DNA from: Ignavibacteriota bacterium
Lineage (GTDB): Bacteria > Bacteroidota > Ignavibacteria > UBA10030 > UBA6906
Direction of reading: 5' to 3'
NCBI GenBank assembly: GCA_031394795.1
Contig: JANNUB010000585.1
Location: 1 to 38,164, forward strand
Length of the DNA: 38,164 nucleotides
Part shown: piece after piece, positions 27,100-35,503 of the stretch
How the letters are laid out: every line of letters starts with the position of its first letter
How positions within the stretch are numbered: the stretch's first letter is position 1
Position numbers and translations under genes: made by a program
The notes under the pieces: model-generated
Databases searched by the model: none
Seen by the model: only the letters and a program-made list of their open reading frames with translations
What the model was told of the DNA's origin: nothing

Positions 27100-27139
27100 A
27101 GAACATCCGGAAGAATATTTTTGCTGTTGCTGTTTTAGG

Positions 27140-27173
27140 TATTGGAAGGGTGGCTCACGCCACCCTTCCAATA
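27140..27173. other. Perfect 15-bp stem hairpin in the intergenic region (possible mRNA-stabilising, processing or atypical terminator structure)
   Basis: TATTGGAAGGGTGGC-TCAC-GCCACCCTTCCAATA, about 37 nt downstream of the large NHL gene stop. No U-tract follows it on the minus strand. Confidence 0.6.
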
Positions 27174-27210
27174 AAAACTGACATTACAATGATCGTTGCT
27201 GAGCGTGGTA

Positions 27211-29790
27211 CTATTTCATCAAGATCATTTTTTTCGATTCGTTGCTGCTTTTGGAACGGAGCGAGTAGATGTACACCCCACTCGGAAGATTTGCCGCGTC
27301 GAATGAAATCGTGTATCGGTCGTTCGCAGCCGCCACTCCACTAAAGAGCGTTGTTACTACCTGACCAAGCAAATTATAGACCGTGACTGTCGCATGTTCA
27401 GTGTTCTTCAGCGCGAAGGTAATTGTTGTGCTCGGGTTAAACGGATTGGGATAGTTTTGCGAGAGTGAATAGATCGTTGGTGTCTGAGCGAACAGATTTT
27501 CCCTAACGGCTGTGGGCAATCCAATCTGCACAGCGAACCGCACGACGCGATTATTTCCTGCATCGGCCACCCAGATCTGATTACTGGCGTTGTCGATGAA
27601 CATGGAATTGGGGGAGGAGAAACTGCTGGCTGTCGGAGGTAGCGCTGCTGTTCCAGTGACAAAATTCGGCTGGCCCAAAACATTATCAGCATTCGCTCCG
27701 TTTGCCAAACTTGCTGCATTATTGAAAACCAAAATACGGTTGTTCGCGAATTCTTCCACAGCATATATTCTTCCCCGTGCATCTCCCCATACACCACGGA
27801 CATTGCTCATTCCGTTCTGTGTCGGGGTAGGAGCCGTTTTCGTCGTGAAATTGGTTTGCCCTAAGACTCCGTCTGCAGCCGCTCCGTTGGGTTTTGATGC
27901 CGCACCGTCAAAGCGCAACACGCGATTATTCACATCATCTGCAACCCATAACCGACCACCCACATCCACAAACACACCGAACGGCTCTTCCATTTTTGTT
28001 GCACTCAAACCGGCTATTCCTGTTACAAAATCCGCTTGTCCTAAGACGCCATCCGCCGTTGCGCCATTGGCTTTCCCTGCCGCATTGTCAAACCGTAGTA
28101 CACAATGGTTGTCCCGTTCAGCCACCCACAGACGCCCGCTTCCATCTACAAAAATTCCAGTTGTGCGAGTCATTTTCGTGGCGCTAGTTCCGGCAGTGTT
28201 CGTCACAAAATCCGGTTGTCCCAATACTCCGTCAGCGGCTGCGCCTGTAGCTTTCGATGCGGCGTTGTCAAAACGTAATACTCGTCTATTGCCGTAGTCA
28301 CTCACCCACAACCGTCCACCTCCATCGACATAGAGTCTCACCGGAGTGTTCATCTTTACCGCGGATAACCCGCTGGTATTTGTTGTATCATCCGGCTGGC
28401 CCAATACCGCTTCGGCTGCCGATCCGGTAATCAACTTCGCTGCTGAACTGAAACGAAGAACCCGGTTGTTGTTACGATCGGCGACAAACAATTTCCCTGT
28501 CGTCGGGTCCACTGCAACACCAAACGCATTGTTCATCGTGCTCGCTGTTTTGCCTGTTGTCCTTGTGACAAGATTTGCCTGACCTAATACGCTGCTCGCA
28601 GGCAAACCAAATATGAATGTAACATCGTTGACAGCAAACCGCGTTACTCGATTATTTCCTGCATCAGCCACCCAAATCTGATTACTGGCATTGTCGATGA
28701 ACATCGAATTCGGGAACGCAAAACTACTTGCCGTCGGCGGATCCAGAACAATACCGGTGGTGAAATTCGCCTGACCCAACACGTTATCCGCATTCGCTCC
28801 GTTTGCAAGACTTGCTGCGTTATTAAAAACCACAATCCGGCAATTGCCTTCATCCACGAGATACAATCTTCCGCGCGCATCTCCCCATACGCCTCGGACA
28901 TTTCCCGTTCCGTTCTGGGTCGTGCTATAGGTGTTCGTCGTAAAATTGGGCTGTCCCAACACACCATCCGCCGCTGCGCCGTTGGCCTTTCCTGCCGCAT
29001 TGTCAAATCGTATCGCACGATTGTTAACATCTTCAGAAACCCACAAACGACCACCAGCATCGACAAACACACCAAACGGCTCATTCATTTTTGTTGCACT
29101 CAAACCGCTGGTCCCAGTCACAAAATCCGGCTGCCCTAATACTCCATCCGCCGCTGCACCGTTGGCCTTTCCAGCCGCATTATCAAACCGTAGTACACGG
29201 TGGTTATCTCGTTCTGCTACCCAGAGGCGACCACCTCCGTCGACATACAGTCCCGTCGTGCGTGTCATTTTCGCAGCCGTGGTTCCGGCAGTGTTCGTTA
29301 GAAAATCCGGTTGTCCCAAGACTCCATCCGCCGCTGCGCCCGTGACTTTCGCCGAGGCGTTCTCAAAGCGTAACACACGTCGGTTGCCGTAGTCACTTAC
29401 CCACAACCGCCCCGCGGCATCAACAAATACGCGGATCGGCGTGTTCATCTTCACCGCTGATAGCCCACTGGTATTTGTCGTATCATCCGGCTGACCCAGT
29501 ACCGCTTCGGCTGCCGCTCCAGTATTCAACTTCGTCGCTGAACTGAACCGCAGTACACGGTTGTTGTTACGATCGGCAACAAACAACTTCCCTGTTGTCG
29601 GATCCACTGCCACGCCAAACGCATTGTTCATCGTACTTGCTGTCTTGCCCGTCGTCCTCAACACAAAATTTGTCTGCCCTAACACGTTGCTCGCAGGCAT
29701 GTTATTTGACAACGGGGCCTGGGCATACACTGTGAGACTTACAACTACCAAAAGCAGTGTAGCAAATAGACTCTTTCTGCAGTTTTTCAT
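27211..29790 (-). CDS. Secreted double NHL-propeller protein (2 x 6 repeats) with a T9SS type A C-terminal domain
   Basis: Start MKNCRK (ATG 29790) preceded by GGAGG; signal peptide ending VYA|Q; 12 NHL repeats in two near-duplicate blocks; LSQNYPNPFNP...LPSGVYIY...KKMILMK. Confidence 0.9.
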   Translation of the reverse strand: MKNCRKSLFATLLLVVVSLTVYAQAPLSNNMPASNVLGQTNFVLRTTGKTASTMNNAFGVAVDPTTGKLFVADRNNNRVLRFSSATKLNTGAAAEAVLGQPDDTTNTSGLSAVKMNTPIRVFVDAAGRLWVSDYGNRRVLRFENASAKVTGAAADGVLGQPDFLTNTAGTTAAKMTRTTGLYVDGGGRLWVAERDNHRVLRFDNAAGKANGAAADGVLGQPDFVTGTSGLSATKMNEPFGVFVDAGGRLWVSEDVNNRAIRFDNAAGKANGAAADGVLGQPNFTTNTYSTTQNGTGNVRGVWGDARGRLYLVDEGNCRIVVFNNAASLANGANADNVLGQANFTTGIVLDPPTASSFAFPNSMFIDNASNQIWVADAGNNRVTRFAVNDVTFIFGLPASSVLGQANLVTRTTGKTASTMNNAFGVAVDPTTGKLFVADRNNNRVLRFSSAAKLITGSAAEAVLGQPDDTTNTSGLSAVKMNTPVRLYVDGGGRLWVSDYGNRRVLRFDNAASKATGAAADGVLGQPDFVTNTAGTSATKMTRTTGIFVDGSGRLWVAERDNHCVLRFDNAAGKANGATADGVLGQADFVTGIAGLSATKMEEPFGVFVDVGGRLWVADDVNNRVLRFDGAASKPNGAAADGVLGQTNFTTKTAPTPTQNGMSNVRGVWGDARGRIYAVEEFANNRILVFNNAASLANGANADNVLGQPNFVTGTAALPPTASSFSSPNSMFIDNASNQIWVADAGNNRVVRFAVQIGLPTAVRENLFAQTPTIYSLSQNYPNPFNPSTTITFALKNTEHATVTVYNLLGQVVTTLFSGVAAANDRYTISFDAANLPSGVYIYSLRSKSSNESKKMILMK

Positions 29791-29869
29791 ACAACCTCCA
29801 TAAATTAGAAACATGAAATAGTGAATCAAGTATTTTGAAATTTCTGAATAGCTGTTGTTGAAATGAAAT

Positions 29870-32083
29870 TTATTTCGCAAGGATCATCTTTCTTGTTTCG
29901 GTAATGCTCCCTGCGCTCAGTTTGTAGAAATAGACGCCGGTGGGAAAATCCGACGCGTCCCACGTAGCCTTGTGAATTCCGGCAGCCATCGGTTCATTCA
30001 CAAGCGTGGCGACTTCTCTTCCCAACACATCGTACACCTTCATCGTCACGCGACTGACCTCTGATCTCTGACCTCTGACCTCTGCTATTTGAAATCTGAT
30101 CTCTGTCGTCGGGTTGAACGGATTGGGATAGTTTTGATGCAAAGCAAAACTCGAAGGCGATGTTCCTGTTTCTTCGACCGAGACCACAAGATCATTTCGA
30201 TACACCGTCAATCCATCAATGCGCTCGGCAACGTATGCAAAGCCGCCGTCAACGGCGACACCGCGTGCAATGGGAACGCCATCGTAGAATCCCGCAAGAA
30301 CCGGAGCTGCAGGATTTGTGATATTGACTACCCGCAGACCACGATCATCGGCGGGCACGTAGACGTAATTTCCGCTGATCGCCGCGGCATAGCCGTAACC
30401 GCGTGTCCACACTTTGCCAACTTGCACCGGCGTCGCGATGTTAGAAATATTGTACACGCGAAGCGAGTCTCCATCAGGAGCGTACGCGAAATTCCCGGCA
30501 ATTGCCAAGCCTTCATTACCGCTGACGAGAGTCCCAGTTTGTCCACCTGCGACAGGGGCAGCCGGATTCGTGACATTATAGAAACGAATCAAGTTGAAAA
30601 GGCTCGTAGCGACAACGTTGCCTGCCGCTGCAACGTTTTCGACATCGATGCCTCGTACATTGGTAAGCCACGTGGGATTTGCGGGATTCGTTATGTTCAA
30701 AACAACAAGGCCGCTATCGCGTGTTGCGACGTACACATAATTGCCATTGATTGCAATTCCGCGAGCGCGTGATGTTGCAATTCCACGGATTGATACGGGC
30801 GCTGCGGGATTCGTCGCATTGATCACGCGTACACCGGAATCCATATCTGCAACATACGCATACCCGCTGCGCACCACAACATTGCGGGCTTCACCGGGTG
30901 TGTCAAGTACTCCGAGAAGCGTCGGGTTGCTGGGTGTCGAGACATCGAGAATTCGCAGACCCGCGCTGCCATACGCGACATAGACTTTGTTGTTATCATA
31001 AAATGCACTGAAGGCAGATCCGGAAGCAGCGTTCTGAGAACCGAGGAACCCTGACGTTGTCGGTGTCGCGGGAATTGAAACGTTAATTGCACTCAACCCG
31101 GATACTGTTGTACGGTTTGAAACATAGATGTGACCTGTCGGGTTACCGCCAATAGTGATCGCTCCATAATAGACAGATGCCGCGCGCCCGACGGTGCCGA
31201 TCCTACTGACATACGTTGGCGCTGCCGGGTTCACGACATTGATAATTCTCATCCCTGAGTCTCCGTTGGCGACGTAACCATAGTTTCCATCGAACACAAT
31301 GCGCGCAGTCCGGTGACCGGTCGGAACCTCCATTACATTGACCGGATTTGCAGGATTTGTGACGTTGATAACCTGGAGGCCTGCGTCGAAGTTGCAGACA
31401 TAGGCGTAGCCCGAGCGTACATTGAGATATTGGTGGTATCCGCCGTAGCCGGCTATTCTTCCAGTGTACACCGGTGCCGTGGGAGTTGAAATGTTCACGA
31501 TATGACTTCTTCCCGCTGCGGCAATGTATGCATAGGGTGACGAGATCACAACGCTCTCGCAGTACGCGAGGCTGTCAATAGATGCCGCAAGCGTTGGGCT
31601 TGCCGGAGTTGCGATGCTATATATTTTTAGCCCGGCACCTCCCGCCGCGACATACGCGTACGTTCCACTTGTCGCAACACCTTCGCATATTGCGCCGGTG
31701 CCAACCTCGACAGTCGAAGTAAGAGACGGGGTCGTTGGATTCTGTACATTGATGAGCCACATCTTGCTGCCTCCGGTAACCACGAGATATTGGTTTCCAC
31801 CAATCGATGTTCGCACCAAATCTTCAACGACTTCGGACAATGTTACACTGGCAATTCTTACAGGTGCAGACGGAACGGAGAAGCTTGCAATCTGTACCTT
31901 ACTTCCAAGTCCGTAAAACACAAGCGAGCCTGCGGCAAAAACCGCTTTCGATTCTCCTTCCCCCTTTCCGAAATTCCCAAGCTGCGTGACGTTCAGTACC
32001 TCCTGGGAGAACGCCAATTGCGCGGAGAGCACAACACACAGGAATGCAAGCAGTGGATGGAACGTTGGTATTTTTTTGTTCAT
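29870..32083 (-). CDS. Secreted LVIVD-repeat protein with a T9SS type A C-terminal domain
   Basis: Signal peptide ending AFS|Q; many GxYAYVA....GLx(I/V)(I/L)(N/D)(V/I)(S/T)NPxxP repeats; LHQNYPNPFNP...GVYFYKL...RKMILAK. Confidence 0.9.
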   Translation of the reverse strand: MNKKIPTFHPLLAFLCVVLSAQLAFSQEVLNVTQLGNFGKGEGESKAVFAAGSLVFYGLGSKVQIASFSVPSAPVRIASVTLSEVVEDLVRTSIGGNQYLVVTGGSKMWLINVQNPTTPSLTSTVEVGTGAICEGVATSGTYAYVAAGGAGLKIYSIATPASPTLAASIDSLAYCESVVISSPYAYIAAAGRSHIVNISTPTAPVYTGRIAGYGGYHQYLNVRSGYAYVCNFDAGLQVINVTNPANPVNVMEVPTGHRTARIVFDGNYGYVANGDSGMRIINVVNPAAPTYVSRIGTVGRAASVYYGAITIGGNPTGHIYVSNRTTVSGLSAINVSIPATPTTSGFLGSQNAASGSAFSAFYDNNKVYVAYGSAGLRILDVSTPSNPTLLGVLDTPGEARNVVVRSGYAYVADMDSGVRVINATNPAAPVSIRGIATSRARGIAINGNYVYVATRDSGLVVLNITNPANPTWLTNVRGIDVENVAAAGNVVATSLFNLIRFYNVTNPAAPVAGGQTGTLVSGNEGLAIAGNFAYAPDGDSLRVYNISNIATPVQVGKVWTRGYGYAAAISGNYVYVPADDRGLRVVNITNPAAPVLAGFYDGVPIARGVAVDGGFAYVAERIDGLTVYRNDLVVSVEETGTSPSSFALHQNYPNPFNPTTEIRFQIAEVRGQRSEVSRVTMKVYDVLGREVATLVNEPMAAGIHKATWDASDFPTGVYFYKLSAGSITETRKMILAK
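30054..30084. repeat. Heptamer tandem repeat (CTGA(C/T)CT, about 4.4 copies) inside the C-terminal domain coding region
   Basis: ctgacct ctgatct ctgacct ctgacct ctg; encodes AEVRGQRSEVS. Confidence 0.75.
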
Positions 32084-32156
32084 ATATCACCTCAATATTT
32101 ATTATGAATAGATTGTTGGTGAATTATAGAGATGCTGCCAAGATCATGTTCGTTCT

Positions 32157-32517
32157 TAGAAAGTCTTCTGGAAAAAATTCTAACCGCAGAGAGCGCCGAG
32201 GTCGCAGAGAAAAGAATTGAAATAGGAAAAAAAACAAAAATCCTTTCTTCGCGACATCTGCGTAGCAAACCCGAGGAATCATGTTTTCTCAGCAAGATTT
32301 TCCAAGCCAAAGAGAAAAAGCGAAACCACGGATTGCGCAGATTAACGCAGATTAGACTCCATCACCAAGGGTTGTATGTTGGTCGAATTGGACTCATAAA
32401 AAAACAATCAGTGAAAATCCGTGAAATCTGTGGTTCAGTTTTTCTTTGGTTGCGGCTTTGCTGCGCTGCGTTCTCTGCGGTTGAGTTCTTTCTTCCCAGC
32501 TTTTCGTCCGCGCTTCT
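32157..32517. mobile_element. Composite of nested MITE-like palindromic elements
   Basis: Outer AACCGCAGAG...CTCTGCGGTT element homologous to 24682-24834, interrupted by an AGCAAA...TTTGCT-bounded segment. That segment contains an AACCACGGATT...AATCTGTGGTT hairpin. Confidence 0.68.
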
Positions 32518-33547
32518 AGAATGAAAAGCCGAGAGAAAACATATGCACCTGTGTGAGATCGCCAAAATCGACATACGCATAGTTGACAGTCCCCTGCACT
32601 CCCGCAAAAGGATATGTAATACCTGCGCCGAACGTGAACCGCTGCTCGTCGTAACTAAACTTATAGCCACCGCGGAGAAAGAGAACATTATCGAATGAGT
32701 TGCTCGCGCCAACATGAAATTTTTCTCTGCCATCATTCGGATGATCTCCTTCCACGACAACCGTAAGGAGGTGAGGGCTGTCTATCTCATCAAGGAAATC
32801 CATCGCAATGCCCGCCCGCAGGTCGAGGGGCATGCGCACGTTGTCCGATTCGGTTTGAAATTCCTCGCTCCATCCACCAAATCGCGAATCCGGTCCAAAG
32901 TTCCTTGCGGCAATTGCTACGCGAAGGCTTCGGAAGCCGGTGTAATACAGCGTTCCGACATCGAGTGACCAATTGTTCATTGTCAACTCGGCAATCTTTT
33001 GGCGCATCCATCGGAAGTTTCCTCCGACGGAGAGTTTGTCTGTAATTCTTCGTGCATACGAAAATCCTGCGGCGATATCTCGCGCTGAAAAAACATCTCC
33101 GGTTACCACCGGAGTCGTCCGATTCTCTCCCGCGATCGGACTGTTGATCGTTTCCGGAATATCACCATAGTCGAGCATTGCAAGGCTAACGCCAACAATA
33201 CCAAAATCACCGAGGTTTGTCGCAAGAGCCACCGATTGATGAGATATGTCCGCAATCCATTCCATGGTATTGAGTTGAACATCGTACTCCTCAACATCGG
33301 CAAGCGCGGCAGGATTGCCAAACACGGAGTTTGCGTTTCCGCGAGAGATCGCCGTAAACGCTCCCGCCATTCCCGCCTGTCTGGCATCACCGTTGATTTT
33401 CAGAAATTGCCAGCCTGATTGCCCAACCCGCTCAACCTGATTTGGTGAGATGCCCGACTGGGCATGCAACGATGCAGTAAAGCAGGTCACTGCCAACAGT
33501 ACTTCGCCAAGTATTCTATTCTTCTGAGCCATGGGATTCATCTCCAT
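32516..33547 (-). CDS. PorV/PorQ-like (UPF0164-type) outer-membrane beta-barrel
   Basis: QFLKINGDARQAGMAGAFTA, NPAALA, FSYARRITDKLSVGGN, LFLRGGYK and a C-terminal HMFSLGFSF. Confidence 0.85.
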   Translation of the reverse strand: MEMNPMAQKNRILGEVLLAVTCFTASLHAQSGISPNQVERVGQSGWQFLKINGDARQAGMAGAFTAISRGNANSVFGNPAALADVEEYDVQLNTMEWIADISHQSVALATNLGDFGIVGVSLAMLDYGDIPETINSPIAGENRTTPVVTGDVFSARDIAAGFSYARRITDKLSVGGNFRWMRQKIAELTMNNWSLDVGTLYYTGFRSLRVAIAARNFGPDSRFGGWSEEFQTESDNVRMPLDLRAGIAMDFLDEIDSPHLLTVVVEGDHPNDGREKFHVGASNSFDNVLFLRGGYKFSYDEQRFTFGAGITYPFAGVQGTVNYAYVDFGDLTQVHMFSLGFSF

Positions 33548-35472
33548 TACTTCACGATCGCGAGTTTACCGATAAACGATTCCCCCACATGACCCGCAAC
33601 AAGCGATTCCACGCGATACAGATAAATTCCGGGAGCTACTCCGAGCGTCCATTTATTAAGTTGATAGTCTAATCGTTTTATGCTTCCCCACGCTTCGGAT
33701 CCGCTGCCGTCGTCGTGATCAATTTCTTGAACGAGATCACCTACAAGAGTGTAGATTTTTATTTTGCAGCGTGCGGGAATACCGATGAACTCCATTCTGA
33801 ACCGCTCGCCCGTTCCCGTAAGTCCGCTGTGTTGGCGAAATGGATTCGGCACAACAAATACACTTTTCGGAAACTGCTCATTCGGTGCGCGAAGTTGATA
33901 AACAGGAAATCTCGTATTGTTAACTTTACCGCTTTCGTTACCCGCCGCATCATAGCTTGTAACACAATAGTAGCTGCCGACGCCAAATGGCTGTCCTTTA
34001 TCGATGTATCTCACTTTCCCATTGGCGATAGTGGCGGAATCTTTTTTGATATCCGCAGCAATTGTCCAGGGACCAATTGTAAAATAGGTCGAACGATACA
34101 ATCTGTATCCTGCAAAATCGTCGAGTCCGGTGATCGGATCTCTGTATGATTGCGGAATTGGAGGCCAATCAATTATGATCTGTCCGGGTTCGGATCGAAT
34201 TGCGAGACTGTTTTCGTCATTTGTTGGTGTTGGGGGCGGGTGAACCGTTGGCATATAGCTATTTGCAAAAAGTCGGCGCGCTGCTCGCACATGCGCAAGC
34301 ATCGAATCCCGCGATGCAGTTGCCATCAAGTCTATGTTCGCCACTCCGCCTTCTACAATTTTTGCGCGATCCATTTCGCCCATTACTTCTGCAAAAACTA
34401 TTCTCACGGATCCGAATGGAGATAACGAAACCGGTCCGACACTGACCAAAAACTCCGGGCGGCGCTCATATTTATTGCCGCCTTCGCCACCGGCAGTCTT
34501 TGCCGCATCCCACGATAGGCGCGGTTGCTGGTGGGTCATGACTTCTTTCACACGAGCAGCAGAAGAAACTCCTTGAATAAACATCACGTCTTCGCTGGGA
34601 GCGCCTTCCGTTAGTCCCTGTCCCGTATGTTCAAGAATGTTTTGGTACACACGAGCGCCGCCCGAATCGAGCACAACAACAGTAAAATATCCCGGCGCAT
34701 CAAGTTCGTGCTCGCGAATCCCTTGCTGATAGATATCGCGCGAATCTCCGATATCACCGCGCAATGGTCCAACGCCAAAATTATAGACAATCGGCACTTC
34801 ATCTGCCGTTCTAAATCTCCTGTCATCATAAAAATAGAATAGCTTCTCACTCGCATCCCACGCATATTTTTCATCGCCTCTGCTTCCCGAACGTTGCGTG
34901 ATCCGAATTCCATATCGCATACCAAAGTAAAGGGAGTCCACAGCGGTGAGTTCATTGTTGGTAATGGTAACCTCATGAATGATGAAGTCGCTCATTCCCG
35001 GATAACTCCACACCATACTGCGGCGAGCAACATCAACATCGAGACCGTTGACATGATGAGCGCCGCTGACGATTTCCTCTCCGGCAACACCGAGATCTTG
35101 AAGGTTGTAATTTTTTGTGAGCGTCGCTTCTTCAATCGGGAAAACCTCCTGACCCGATGGAAAGAACCGCGAATTTAAAGTGTAGGAATATGCTGTAGCG
35201 CTGCGAACGCCATAGATGGCATATCCCGCTGCTTCGGCGTAGTTCAGCGCATCATTGACATTTGTTGCTTTCGAGTATCCGGGATAATCAAGCGTGTGAA
35301 ACCCATTTTGCGTTTCCGTCGGGTCTCCATACTGAAGCGAATTCCACACTGTCGCCCAGAGCTTGCCCCGTTTCAGCGTTTGTTTACCCCACGTTACCTG
35401 TGCGGAAGCGGTTCCTGCAACCAGCAGCGTCAAAACAATTACACATCTGAATTTTCTTTTGCCTGTTCTCAT
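33547..35472 (-). CDS. Secreted hypothetical receptor-partner protein with FN3-like and T9SS-CTD-like C-terminal regions
   Basis: Start MRTGKRKF (ATG 35472); signal peptide ending ASA|Q; DFAGYRLYRS, YYCVTSYDAAGNESG, VFVVPNPF, KIKIYTLVGDLV, VAPGIYLY and GKLAIVK motifs. Confidence 0.72.
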   Translation of the reverse strand: MRTGKRKFRCVIVLTLLVAGTASAQVTWGKQTLKRGKLWATVWNSLQYGDPTETQNGFHTLDYPGYSKATNVNDALNYAEAAGYAIYGVRSATAYSYTLNSRFFPSGQEVFPIEEATLTKNYNLQDLGVAGEEIVSGAHHVNGLDVDVARRSMVWSYPGMSDFIIHEVTITNNELTAVDSLYFGMRYGIRITQRSGSRGDEKYAWDASEKLFYFYDDRRFRTADEVPIVYNFGVGPLRGDIGDSRDIYQQGIREHELDAPGYFTVVVLDSGGARVYQNILEHTGQGLTEGAPSEDVMFIQGVSSAARVKEVMTHQQPRLSWDAAKTAGGEGGNKYERRPEFLVSVGPVSLSPFGSVRIVFAEVMGEMDRAKIVEGGVANIDLMATASRDSMLAHVRAARRLFANSYMPTVHPPPTPTNDENSLAIRSEPGQIIIDWPPIPQSYRDPITGLDDFAGYRLYRSTYFTIGPWTIAADIKKDSATIANGKVRYIDKGQPFGVGSYYCVTSYDAAGNESGKVNNTRFPVYQLRAPNEQFPKSVFVVPNPFRQHSGLTGTGERFRMEFIGIPARCKIKIYTLVGDLVQEIDHDDGSGSEAWGSIKRLDYQLNKWTLGVAPGIYLYRVESLVAGHVGESFIGKLAIVK

Positions 35473-35503
35473 TGTAATCTTTCGCGTTGCACGTGGTACG
35501 TTT

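Noticed and set aside
25500-29700. CRISPR array or diversity-generating retroelement in the repetitive region
   Set aside because: The repeats are protein-coding NHL units with synonymous variation. There is no repeat-spacer structure and no cas or reverse transcriptase gene.
25587-29803. Long plus-strand ORFs with repeated CPNTPSAAAP
   Set aside because: They are antisense read-through of the NHL repeats.
32092-32760. ORFs 32092..32310, 32132..32524 and 32362..32760
   Set aside because: They translate the nested repeat elements or overlap the PorV-like gene.
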